A stretch of 64,000 nt of DNA from Octopus sinensis (taxonomy: Eukaryota): contig NC_042999.1 in assembly GCF_006345805.1 (NCBI RefSeq), forward strand, positions 172,236,001 to 172,300,000. Direction: 5' to 3'. Positions 42,295-54,520 of the stretch are shown here, piece by piece. A model generated the notes under the pieces. The model had not been told where the DNA came from. It ran no database searches and saw only the letters and a program-made list of their open reading frames with translations. How positions within the stretch are numbered: the stretch's first letter is position 1; every line of letters begins with the position of its first letter. The translations under genes and the position numbers were made by a program.

Positions 42295-42815
42295 AAGCAA
42301 TGTTTGTTGATGACAAAATTATATTCTGATAATGTGACCAATTGTCAAGCTACTATTAGAATTAGTCCCAACATTTTCACGAGGTAGTGTAATGGAGCAT
42401 GGGCAAGATAAATGCTCATACCTGTTAATCATCGGAGGAAAATTGTTAACCAGGCAGACATCATGTACAACAACGGCTTGTCTATCTCCTCTATCTCTAA
42501 TAATATTCATAATCGAGAATGTTGTATATATTTATTCGGTGACTAAAGCCAGAGTAGCAAAAGAGTACTTCTGTAGACTCCGGAAAATATGGAACTCAAA
42601 GCTGTCTGCATTTCAAATGACCATATCTTGCAGTTCTTTTGCAGTACTAGTACTAGTACCAACATTCAGGATATTGGACTGGATACTCCATGAGATTCCC
42701 AAACTGGAAATCAAAACAAGAAAGGTGCTGGTTACTAATCTCGCGTGCTACAGTAACAATGACACCGATAGCATTTATGAGAGACGAAGTGATGGTTGTA
42801 CATACATGCATTGAG
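42295..42815 (+). mobile_element. RLE/R4-type LINE reverse transcriptase fragment
   Basis: MFVDD (catalytic motif) at 42300, TFSRGSVMEHGQDKCSYL, KARVAKEYFCRLRKIWNSKLSA..SFAVLVLVPTFRILDW..EI..LEIKTRKVL. Confidence 0.85.
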
Positions 42816-43044
42816 ATGTGGAGATGTAGATGTAGATATAACTGTAGGTACTGCGAATAATTGGATTGGTTAGGAAATCATGAACTTCCTACAAAATTTC
42901 ACATATTTTCAAGTTTTGTTTTGAAATTTTCGAGTGGAAAATCAGGTTACATATTTTAAGCTGCTATATCATATATACAAACTACATACATACAAAGAGG
43001 GTGTATTTTATTAATGGTATTTAAAATTTCATGAATAATTAGGT

Positions 43045-43210
43045 GGTGAGCGGGCAGATGGCTTAGCAGAATTCCGTACGTCTTTTACGTTCTGAGTTCA
43101 AATTCCGCACGTGCCAACTTACGTGTTTCCGCAGTCGATGAAATAGGTAGGTGTTGAGCACTGAGCTCGATCAAATTGATCTACCCACTACTCGACTTGG
43201 ACAAAATTTT
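43045..43210 (+). mobile_element. SINE family B, degenerate
   Basis: ttacgttctgagttcaaattccgc. Confidence 0.7.
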
Positions 43211-43536
43211 TAAACCAATATTTCGTAACTTAGTATTTCTTATTCTTTTAAACACGCAACAATATTCTACTAAAATTTCTGAAGTTGCTGAATCATCACG
43301 GGTAAAAATATTATATTTGAAATTTGCATTTCTTATTTACAACTCACAGTCTCTGTATGTATATGCACACACACACACATAGATAGATAGAAAGATGCAT
43401 TGAAAGAAAGAGAGATATATAGATATCATCATCATAAGTCTCATGCTACTGAATAAGAAATGGGAGAAGCGACACTATATACATGTGTGTGTGTGTGTGT
43501 ATCTATATATATATATACATATATATACATACATAT

Positions 43537-43596
<60 letters not shown>

Positions 43597-43600
<4 letters not shown>

Positions 43601-44009
43601 AAAGGTAAAGAGTGAAAAAACTACAGAAGGCTTAAATGTTAACAAATATATATATTTGCGTCAATATGTCTGAAGAATATTAGAAAATTAAAAAAAATTT
43701 TTTTTTCTCTTATAATGACATAATTTAAAAGAAAGACGCGTTTCGGGGTATTGCCCCTTGTCAATGTAGCGCAGTCAGACCCCGCAGGTGTCGCCACTGG
43801 GGCAATACAAGGGGCAATACCCCGAAACGCGTCTTTCTTTTAAATTATGTCATTATAATAAAAAAAAATTTTTTTTTAATTTTCTAATATTCTTCAGTTA
43901 TATTGACGTAAATATATATATTTTTTAACATTTATGCCTTCTGTAGTTTTTTCACTCTTTACTTTTTTCTAAATATTCACCCACGTGCTTTCACAAACCA
44001 ACTTTCTTA

Positions 44010-44030
<21 letters not shown>
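43597..44030. mobile_element. Fold-back element copy 1 (Penelope pLTR-derived); arms 43597-43761 and 43807-43970
   Basis: ~165-bp near-perfect inverted arms around a 45-bp GC-rich spacer. Confidence 0.85.
43735..43764 (-). ncRNA. Minimal hammerhead ribozyme core (U3:A8 variant); helix I not evident
   Basis: Minus strand UUGACAA-GGGG caaua CCCC-GAAA-C GC GUC. Confidence 0.5.
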
Positions 44031-44073
<43 letters not shown>

Positions 44074-44081
44074 ATATATAT

Positions 44082-44495
44082 AGAAAAAGGTAAAGAGTGA
44101 AAAAACTACAGAAGGCTTAAATGTTAAAAAATATATATATTTGCGTCAATATGTCTGAAGAATATTAGAAAATTAAAAAAAATTTTTTTTTCTCTTATAA
44201 TGACATAATTTAAAAGAAAGACGCGTTTCGGGGTATTGCCCCTTGTCAATGTAGCGCAGTCAGACCCCGCAGGTGTCGCCACTGGGGCAATACAAGGGGC
44301 AATACCCCGAAACGCGTCTTTCTTTTAAATTATGTCATTATAATAAAAAAAAATTTTTTTTAATTTTCTAATATTCTTCAGACATATTGACGTAAATATA
44401 TATATTTTTTAACATTTATGCCTTCTGTAGTTTTTTCACTCTTTACTTTTTTGTAAATATTCACCCACGTGCTTTCACAAACCAACTTTCTTATA

Positions 44496-44520
<25 letters not shown>
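44082..44520. mobile_element. Fold-back element copy 2 (tandem duplicate, period 485 bp)
   Basis: Nearly identical to copy 1, including the spacer. Confidence 0.85.
44220..44249 (-). ncRNA. Minimal hammerhead core, second copy
   Basis: Identical to 43735-43764. Confidence 0.5.
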
Positions 44521-44551
<31 letters not shown>

Positions 44552-44666
44552 ATATTATATATATATATATGTATCTATGTAGGTATATGTATATATATAT
44601 ATGTATGTATATATATATGGAAAAAGAGTCAAGGTAGAAAATGCTAAAATAATTTTATAACAAACA

Positions 44667-44708
44667 TTCCAGCACCGGTTTCAGTCATTGAGGTATTTTT
44701 AACTGTAA
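44667..44708 (-). ncRNA. Decayed minimal hammerhead motif (Penelope pLTR-like)
   Basis: Minus ttacag-TTAAAAA-tacctcaatgact-GAAA-CCGGTG-ctggaa. Helix I is 5/6 paired; core G5, helix II and the cleavage base are mutated. Confidence 0.3.
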
Positions 44709-44876
44709 ATATGGAAAACAATTTAATTTTGGAAAACTTAAATGAAAAGTATTTTAAAAGAATATTTGCATAGTATTCAAATACAAGTGGCATCTTCCTT
44801 GTTTCTTCCTGTCTCTGTCTCTCTTGTTTACTCTTGTGGGTTCGAGATCATATATATGTGTATTTATGTTTGTACG

Positions 44877-44927
<51 letters not shown>

Positions 44928-45555
44928 ATGTATTGTCACGCTTCTGCCATTACTTACCCAGTAGCATAAAACTCAGGATATTGAATATGGAAACATTATA
45001 GCAATATTTCTCCCTTTCTTTCTCACTCTCTGTCTATATCCACACATACCTGTGTGTACGTGTGAGTGCACGTTCGTGCGTGTTCATTTTTATATGGGCG
45101 TGTCTTTCTAATGCGATCACGTATTTAAATGAAATAATATAGTGTCAATCAAACCTCAGCTTAAACTTTGACAAGTGTCAAGAGGACAATAATGGAGAGT
45201 AGATCACGCGAAGCTCGTAGAAAATATTTTAGTGAAAATTAATGAGTATGGCAGTTATGTTTTTTTGTCTTTTAGCTTTTTTAAGTAAAATCATTTGGTA
45301 TATAGCTTTATTAGTTTTTTTATTGTATTTAAGCCATTTTCATACAATATTTGCATTTTCATAAGATTAAATTCCACATAAAGTTTAAGCTAAAATATAT
45401 GTGATTATTTTGACATTTTATTTTTCAAATTACACCGTTGCAGCGACACCACGCTTTTAGACGATGCTTATTTTAAAGCAATTCACCTTGGCACTTGTTT
45501 GTATCAACATTGCATCACAAAGGAATCTAAGACATGATTGTTTATGGTATTATAT

Positions 45556-46587
45556 ACAGGGTTTCGGAAAAAGAAAACATTCAAGATAGAATTGAAGTGT
45601 GCATTCTTACGATTTATAAAAGAACAGCAAGCGCTGTACGAATCAATTTATGTGTGTTTTTTTTTAAATATGAAATATTATGTAAAGGAAATTATGTTAG
45701 GCACCAAATAATTGCTATTTGTATTTGTGTTTAGATATATGTATACCTTCACCCCACCACACACACACATATTTATAGTTTTAATTTCGAGAGTGCGCAT
45801 TGTTTGTCTTTCATTTCGTCGATAACAGAGTATAGTAGAGTTAGCTGGGTACCGTCTGTGACAACAACAGCACAATGACGCAATTCCATCTGCCAGAAAT
45901 TTGGAAATTACATTTTGTACCGCTTGCCATTCGCGGCGGAAGCTCCCATAAGAACATTTTAGAATGTTTGTGTGAAAATCTGAGGACAGTACAATTTGAA
46001 GACATGTACCGAGAGTGATAAAAACCAAACATCATGGTTTTTGGAGTTATCACTAGCAATGGCGACGTTATGCCTCCATTAATCTTCCCACACGACTTCA
46101 CACTCAACATGGAGCCCTACATCAAGTGCCTAGAAGGGGTAGTGTTTCCATGGGTCAAGAGGGAGGCTGCTGAAAGAACTTATGTCTGGCAACAGGACTC
46201 TGCCATATGCTACACAAGTAAGAGTACCCAGTCGTAGCAGTCAGACAATTTTTATGACCTCACCATCCATAACATCTGGCCAACCAACTCCCCACACTGC
46301 AACCCCTTGATTATTTTATGGGGCGCAGATGAGCGAGAGGCAAACAAAACTCCTTGTAACACCAAACATGAACTGAAAGCAAGGCTTATGACAGCATCCA
46401 ACAACTTAAACAGGAAGACTGTCCAGAAGAGTTGCAGGAGATTACGATAGCGATTTTTTTGAATAAATTAACTATTTAGTATTTGAAGATATTTTTATGT
46501 AATTTTGCAAAATATATCTGTTAAAATGATGTCAGTATTATTTTCCTCTTTGCTTAATTTAGACGTTAGTTTATTCACCGCATCCTG
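45556..46587 (+). mobile_element. Tc1/mariner DD37D (maT-like) transposon relic
   Basis: MVFGVITSNGDVMPPLIF..YVWQQDSA..WPTNSPHCNPL(D); 37 residues between D2 and D3, allowing a 1-nt frameshift and an internal stop. The right end reads ta-caggatgcgg on minus. The left end tacagggt at 45556 is tentative. Confidence 0.85.
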
Positions 46588-46675
<88 letters not shown>

Positions 46676-47039
46676 ATATATTTAGACGATAGTTTATTCA
46701 CCGCATCCTGTATATATATATATATTACGTAGGCCGTTTTAGCTATCTACCCCAGCTTTGTTCACCACATAGTGTAAAACAAATGGCCGAACTCGAAGCC
46801 ATCTAACGAAACTACACAAAGAGGTTTGTCTCAATATACATATATATATACTTATATACAAGGAAAAATTCAAAAAGTGAAGTCTCTAATCCCTTGACAG
46901 AGTGAAAATAACAGATATGCCGTAATTTACATCTGCAGAGAGCTTCGAAAAATTCGTCACAAAATTTACCATGGGATGTTAAACACACATCATAATAGGG
47001 CGGCATTAAATAATGTCATAGATTTTACACTTACTATCA

Positions 47040-47330
47040 ACAGATAAAGCTACATATTTCATAAAGATTGAAGGGCCCAGAACTCAATGAAATCCTCCCA
47101 AACGCCTGAGAGAACTATATGGAATGGGTGTATAAGTTCCCAAAATTGAACTGGATCGCCTATTGCCAAAAGTCGAAGATGAACAAACTTCCCTACAGGA
47201 CACACATACGAGGACAGCACCATCAGACTAATTCATTCAAAAGTAACGCCGGATATGAAAGAAAGATGAACCAAAATGTAACAAAAGAAAGGCGCTATCC
47301 CAGCAGGGCCACTGTTCTCTAGCTGAAAGA
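47040..47330 (+). mobile_element. CR1-group LINE 3' end
   Basis: GP....PKRLRELYGMGV..ELDRLLPKVEDEQTS, homologous to 54120-54520. Tail cccagcagggcc..gctgaaa. Confidence 0.7.
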
Positions 47331-47582
47331 GGCAGAGGAGTGAAAAGGAAAAGATATATGTGTGTGCGCCCGCAGGTGTGTGTCCGTATACATATATGCA
47401 TATATGTGTGTGTGCATGTGTGTGCGTGGTGTGTGCGTGTTTCTGTGTGCGTGTGTGAGCTTGTGAGTATACATACTGTATATGTGTGTGTGTGTGTCTA
47501 TGTCTGCGTATAACTACTTTCAGAGCACGCAATGGTTCGATGCCCTTAAATTTCTGAAGTCACTTATGTGATACTTGGGTTT

Positions 47583-47763
47583 CAGTTACTCTTTTACTTG
47601 TTTCAGTCATTTAACTGCGGCCATGCTGGAGCCGCACCTGTATAGTCGAACAAATCTACCCCAGAGTTTATTATTTGTAAGCCTAGTACTTATTCTATCG
47701 GCCTCTTTGCCGAACCGCCGTGTTATGGGGACGTTAACACACAAACATATATACAAACACACA

Positions 47764-47830
<67 letters not shown>

Positions 47831-47843
47831 GCATATATATATA

Positions 47844-47893
<50 letters not shown>

Positions 47894-48056
47894 GACGAGC
47901 TTCTTCCAGTTTTCGTCTACTAAATCCACTCACAAGGCTTTGGTCGGCCCGAGGCTATAGCCAAAGACACTTACCTAAGGTGATACGCAGTGGGACTGAA
48001 CCTGGGACCATGTGGTTGGTACACAAGCTACTTACCACACAGCCACTCCTGCGCCA
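47583..48056 (-). mobile_element. SINE family A, full length, with expanded internal microsatellite
   Basis: Reverse complement collinear with 60799-61268. Confidence 0.9.
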
Positions 48057-48385
48057 ATTAAAGAAAACCACTTAATATGAATTTAACAACTCGAAATAGA
48101 ACGAAACTGCCCTTTAAAATAAATAGAAAGTTTACGTCTACATTCAGCATATTATATGAGAAGTGAATTCTTTACATACATCAGTGAAAAAAGAAAATTC
48201 AAAACGCTATACGTCTTTGATAGTTTGATAATTTGAAGTTTCAGCATTTGATGATATTTCTAAGTACAGCAGAAATATTTTTGAGCAAAAAGCACGCTTT
48301 TATGCCTTTAGTGCTGAAAACTTCATAAATACCTTAAAAGCATAGACATATATCGGCATATACATACGGATATATAATATACACC

Positions 48386-48433
48386 AATATGCACATTTAA
48401 CTATATATATATATATAGTTAAATGTGCATATT
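48386..48433. repeat. Perfect 48-bp palindrome centred on (TA)8
   Basis: aatatgcacatttaac-(ta)8-gttaaatgtgcatatt (exact). Confidence 0.95.
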
Positions 48434-49264
48434 TGCGTATATATACTTATATGCATACTTATGGGTGTGGTGAACAAGCATAAATATATTGGTTTTTGTG
48501 TATACGTATACATCGATCAACATACACACGCAAACACATCCGCAAGAACACACACAAACACACAATCACTCAAACACACCCACACACTTACACGCCTGTT
48601 CGTTTTTACCTCTCTCAGTTTCAGCCTAGGTGCTGCAGGTGTACAGACGCACCGCCAATACAATTGGTACTGCTTCAGTGCTACATAACTTTCAGTGAAA
48701 ATGGAGTTTGCTACACAAACATGTACGTTACAAACGCAATACATATTAGCACTTACATTCTCACGCACAAATATTTGATTTCCTTTTGTGCGTTTGTGTG
48801 TGTAAGTGTGTACATGTGAGGGTGCGTATGTCTGTGTTTGTGCGTGCGTATGTATGTATATGTCTGTTTAGATACCCGTATATACCTATACATATATTTA
48901 CGGGTAAATATGCGTTTCCTTTCGTCTCTCTTCATCTTGTAATATCAAACATGCAGTTCAAAATCTTTTATCAATTATTTTACGTGGTGACCAATAGAAA
49001 TATTTGCAGACATAAAGAAAGTAAATACCGAGTGCGATTTGATGAAACGAAACACTTACGGCAGTACCACATTACAGGTTTGCTGTGTTAGAATGGTACA
49101 TGAACCAAGTATACACAGACACACATTTATATTATATATATGCGTCTGTGTGTGATTTTGTGTGAGCCTGTGAGTGTGTATGTGTTTCTGTGTGTGCGTG
49201 TGTGTCTGTGAGAGTACATATAAGTACATACATACATACATACATACATACATACATACATACA

Positions 49265-49299
<35 letters not shown>

Positions 49300-50453
49300 T
49301 CATGTACTCACATACATCCACACATCCGCACACATTTTGGCTGCAGAATTTCAAAATATTCACTTCATTGTTGATGTCTACGATTCCCTGCCAAGTCCTT
49401 GTAAACTTCCCTACTGCAGCAAGGTCGGGTCTTCTCTTCACAATTTCAAACTTGCATTTATTTCTCTATTCAGGAAGACTAGTGAATTTTCCACAGCATA
49501 GACTAGCAATAAATAGATTATTGTGCTTCATATTGCACTGTTCTGCGAAGTGAAACGTGAAGAGGTGTGCAAAATAGGAGGAAATCTTGGAGAACTGCCA
49601 GAACAAAGGCTGAAAAATATAATACCGGCCTACATAAGTGGACTGTAAATATTTTCAGAATTTTCACTTCCCAGTCGTCAACCAGTATTGCAGTAGGTTT
49701 TCCAAGTGTGAGAAAGTAGAGAAGCCTTCAGTATAATATCACAGAAATGTGAGTGATGGATTTGCATTCACAGAGTTGTATTCACAGAGTATTCACAGAT
49801 GTAGCTGTAGATAGGCACGTTTATGTTTGAGCAGAACCTGCTCAATCACCTAGTTGCTTATACATAATCGAAAAATGAATTTTAAAATTTCCTTACATTT
49901 TGCCATTAAAAATTGACGCTTAAACTAACAATCTGTCATTGTTAATTTTTATGTCACAATAAGGAGGTAGTGTAATAGCTGATCAATCACAAATAACAGG
50001 TGCTTTTAGGAAAATTTAGACATTTATATAATAAAGAAAGATAACATACAAAATACCACATTTAGGATAAAATAATTTTTCTGCACAACGTGGTTTGCAA
50101 CAGCAGGAAAATGCCGCATATACATAAGTAAATTAATTCATACATAAAACATGCTTAACACACGTGAATATACGCAACACATTACCCCAAATCAATTTTA
50201 ATGTGAATAATATTTATGTTTTGAATATTGTAATTTACCTAGATGCATAGTAATTTCCACTTTATATATTTAGGTTTCAACATTTACAACATGTATACAA
50301 GGTTCTCTACGCTTTGCTTCACACAGGGTTGATTTGAAACACCTGACATGAATGACTAAATATTATCCCCTCAGTTGCGAGAAAGAACATCATTTTTAAA
50401 GAGCAGGTGTATGTTTGACAAATTTTAAGCTGAAATAATTAAATCGTCATATA

Positions 50454-50552
<99 letters not shown>

Positions 50553-50609
50553 TGTATGTATGTTCGAATGTATGTATATATTTATATATGTACGGGAATA
50601 TCTGTGTCA

Positions 50610-50760
50610 TAGGAAGCTTGCTTCTAAACCACATTGCTCCACGTTGCGTACTACTGCGTGGCACCTTGAGCAAATGTCTTCTATTATAGCCTCGGGCCGA
50701 CCAAACTCTTGTGAGTGGGTTTCATAGACGGAGCTTGAAAATGCCCGAGGTATATAAATA
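50610..50760 (+). mobile_element. SINE family A, 5' half
   Basis: actgcgtggcaccttgagcaaatgtcttctattatagcctcgggccgaccaaa. Confidence 0.8.
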
Positions 50761-50902
50761 TATATATATGTTTGTGTATATTTATGTCTGTATACGTAAA
50801 TTGTAAGACATTACCTCAAAATGACTAACTGTTTGCTCGCAAGTATTCAAAATATGTTACTCAACAGTTAATATATATTTATATATTGTCAATATATATA
50901 TG

Positions 50903-51012
50903 GAGTGAGCGTGTTAACTAGCTTGCTTACCAACCCCATTGTTCCGAGTTCAGTTCCACTGCATGGCACCTTGGGCAAGTGTCTTTTACTATAGCCTCGG
51001 GCTGACCAAAGC
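50903..51012 (+). mobile_element. SINE family A, 5' fragment
   Basis: gagttcagttccactgcatggcaccttgggcaagtgtctt. Confidence 0.8.
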
Positions 51013-51044
51013 CCGGAATTAATTGACCAACATGGATCTAAAAT

Positions 51045-51210
51045 ATTTTCTGCTCTAAGCACAAGGTTCGAGATTTTTGGGGAGTGGGACCCAGTCGATT
51101 AGATCTTCCTCAGTAGGCAACTGGTACTTAATTTATCGACTCGGAAAGGACGAAAGACAATGTCGACTTCGGCGCAATTTGAACTGAGAATGTAAAAACT
51201 GACGAAACAT
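51045..51210 (-). mobile_element. SINE family B
   Basis: actggtacttaatttatcgactcggaaagg..gtcgacttcggcgcaatttgaact. Confidence 0.8.
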
Positions 51211-51257
51211 GGATCTACATTATCTCTTTCATAGGGGTGATGGGTAAAAAGTGTAAA

Positions 51258-51303
<46 letters not shown>

Positions 51304-51557
51304 CCTGTAGGTGTGAGTGTGCATACATATTAATGAGTTTGCGCATGCATATGTATATATACTTATATACGTAGGTGCACAGATACATGTGTGGATGTAT
51401 GTTTATCTGTGAGTATATGCATGTCTGTGTGTGTATATAGATGTATGGATACATATTTGTATGCGTGTATATGTCTAAGTGCGTACTTTCGTATATACAA
51501 ATTTTCAAAACTGTATTTATACATTTGTAAGCGTATATTCCATTCTTTTATTAACAA

Positions 51558-53217
51558 CTAGCTGTAAAACCCGTCGTTGATCGGGTAGTTACCTTTACTG
51601 TTTATCAGGAGCCACATTGAAAATTTTATTACATGTATGATTTACTCCTCTTGTATGTGTTTATTTCTAGAAGAAAAAAAAGTAATAATTGAAGTAGAAG
51701 AAAGATCAATATCATATATGAACCTATGTTTGTTTATGATATGACAATAATAAGTGAGCTGTATGTGTTATTTTATTTATCTATACAGTAATGGCAATAA
51801 TATGATATTTTTATAAGAGAAAAAGCATGTAATAATTCAAGCAGAAAAACGATTATTTTTATTCATGAACTTCTGTTTGTTTGTTACATGAAAATAGTTC
51901 AGCTGATTGATAACTTGAATGCCTCGAGCTCATATTTGGTGAAAGTAGAAGTATGTTCACATGATACCATAATATAGAAGACTTTATTGAAGCATTGATC
52001 TCATCCAGTTTTGTTCCTTTCGGAACGACTGGTAGTGTTTATCGGAAGTCTCCTGACAATAACACTGTGGCATTTCCCATCATGGAATTTCAATTTCTAA
52101 TGTTTCGTAATCTTCTGCCACAGCTTCTAAAGCTTTTTCATGGGCCATGGTACATTCGTCCCAAACAATTAAGTGACACCTTTGTATTAGTTAACCCATT
52201 GCAGAATTTTTAGACATATTATAATCTGGATGTTGTTTGTTAGATAAATCTAAAGGTAACTTGAATGTTGAATGGGCAGTCCGACCTCAAGGTAGTAAAG
52301 TTGCTGCAATCCCAGAAGTAGCAGTAGGTAAAGGTATTTTTTTTACGAACTTTATGCAGGAGGAGTTTAATCACAAATGTTTTCCCTGTACCTCCTGGTG
52401 CACCTGAGAAATAAAGTCCTCCTGTGTTATTCTTAATATTTTCTATGACAGTGGAATATGCACGGCGTTCATCAGGTAGATGTTGGGAAGATTATCATTT
52501 ATGTACAAGACCAGTTCATCCTCATCATACGCAATTTCTCTCATTATTTCAGTGGACAGAGTGTTAAGATCTGTCTCAGTTAGTGGGAGTCTTAAAATTT
52601 ATATAGGTTCACCTCCCATAGAAACAATTTGATCTTCTATTTCAAACAAAGCCGCATTTTATATAGCCTCAGTGAAACCAATTTCTTGCTCAGAATTATT
52701 GAACTGAAATTTATGACTCCTGAGATGGAAGGATTCATTTTATTTAGGGCGTACAGTATATAATCTACCAATTGTCATTCCAAACTTAATACCAGAATAA
52801 CCTTGAACCATTTGTATCTATTTTGCGTCTATTATATTTATTATTACTCCATGTGTAATAAATAAGAGTGAGAGAGAGAGAGAAAGTGTGAAAGGAAGAG
52901 AGAGAGAGAAAGAAAGAGAAGAAAGAAGATCATAGAGAGATGGCGTCTGGTTTTAGATTCACTTTGCCGGACATACAAAGAGACAGAATATCTTTGAAAT
53001 AGCAAGACAGGTTTAGTTTCAGTTTGCAGGACAAAGAGATAGTATCTCTTGAAGTTGCATGGCAGAGAGACAGAAAGGCGGGCAGACAGAGAGAGATAAT
53101 AGTGGGGGGGAGATAGAGAAGACAGAGAAAGAAAACCATAAAGTGATTGTCTGGTTTTAGTTTCACTTTGTGAGACAAACAGAGAAGCAGACAATCTCTA
53201 TTTTATATATATATAGA
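51558..53217 (-). mobile_element. Internally deleted Helitron with both termini
   Basis: 5' end A|TCTATATATATAAAA at 53217. 3' hairpin acccg/cgggt (51569-51586), then CTAG|T at 51558. PIF1-helicase relics: APGGTGKTF (~52378-52404), GIAATLLP*GRTAHSTFKLPL, LIVWDECTMAH (~52150-52173), TIGRLYTV. Confidence 0.92.
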
Positions 53218-53624
53218 TAAATTTACCTTATTTATATTTAAATTTCCTCTATCATCTGTACTTAATTTATTCATTTATTGTTCCAATTCTACTTACCTAC
53301 TCTCACCCGAACATATAACAATACAAATCATAAATCGTATCAGTTAATCTGATATAATGAATTCATAAACACATATAAAACATCCGAGGGTATATTTTTT
53401 CCTCTGAAGATATTATGCTCAGATCATGTAAAGTTTATATCTACCAAATATTTACTAAGTATTAATTGAAACAGATGTAAGGGATTATTAATTTGCTGTT
53501 AATAATAAACTTAACTTCTCAATCTCCATTTAATTTTTCTTATGTCTATATATATATATATATATGTGTGTGTATGTATGTATGTATGTAGGTATGTATG
53601 TAGGTATGTAGGATAAGTGTTTTT

Positions 53625-53822
53625 TACTGTGGTTGTCCTCCACCACCACTGGACACCCGGTGTTAGTGTGTTTATGTCCCTGTAACTTAACGGTTCGGCA
53701 AAAGAAGACGCTAGCATAATTACAGCCTTAAAAAATAATCTTCTCGTCGATGTGTTCAGCTAAAACCCCAATGCAGTGCTCCTGCGTGGCCGCCGACGAA
53801 TGACAGAGACAAGTAAAGGAAG
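53625..53822 (+). mobile_element. SINE family A, 3' half
   Basis: gtgtttatgtccctgtaacttaacggttcggcaaaaga. Confidence 0.75.
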
Positions 53823-53826
53823 AAAG

Positions 53827-53884
<58 letters not shown>

Positions 53885-54119
53885 CGTACATACACACATA
53901 TATATGTATATATTACAGTGTTTAGGTATAAACGAACTTTATGTTAGTTAAAATATATTTGCACGGGGCTGATATGGTGTTTTTCAACTGATACCTATTT
54001 TTTTTAACAAAAGATAATTTTTTTTCTAAGGTAATAGCAACGAATTTTCACTTAGCAGATAAAATATATACGAACAACTTAAGATTTATTCATGTCATCT
54101 TCATTCTTTAATCTTTAAT

Positions 54120-54520
54120 TATTTTCAGCTTTAAAGATGCGGTTATGCTGGAGCATCACTGTTGACTTTGCTACACCTTCATTGCTTGAAACCTCTTCTG
54201 ATATGTTGAATTTGGTGAATGAGGGAGATGGATGTTGCTGCCCTCATATGTGTTTCATGCCGTGAGGTAGCCAATCTGGAACTTTTTAACAGCAGGAGAT
54301 CCAGTTTCTGTTTGAAGACACATCCTCTACACCATACAAGACTCTCAAGTATTTTGAAACTTATATTGAAGAGTTGTGGGCCCTTGAAACTGAAGGTGTT
54401 GCATTATGTAGTCCTCAGAAATGGATATGTATAACTGAAGAAGCTTGTATGAACAAACATCATCAAATTCTTATATGTAGAAATATAAATGGGACTTGAG
54501 TAGGAGGAACCAATTTATTT
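54120..54520 (-). mobile_element. CR1-group LINE 3' end
   Basis: Minus, frameshifted: SFKGPQLFNI..KYLRVLYGVE..FKQKLDLLL..KVPD..TSRHETHMRAATSISLIHQI, then tail tgctccagcataaccgcatctttaaagctgaaa. Confidence 0.85.

Noticed and set aside
54291-54500. Apparent plus-strand exon QEIQFLFEDTSSTPYKTLKYFETYIEELWALETEG.. with a good acceptor
   Set aside because: It is the antisense strand of the CR1-group LINE ORF2 end.
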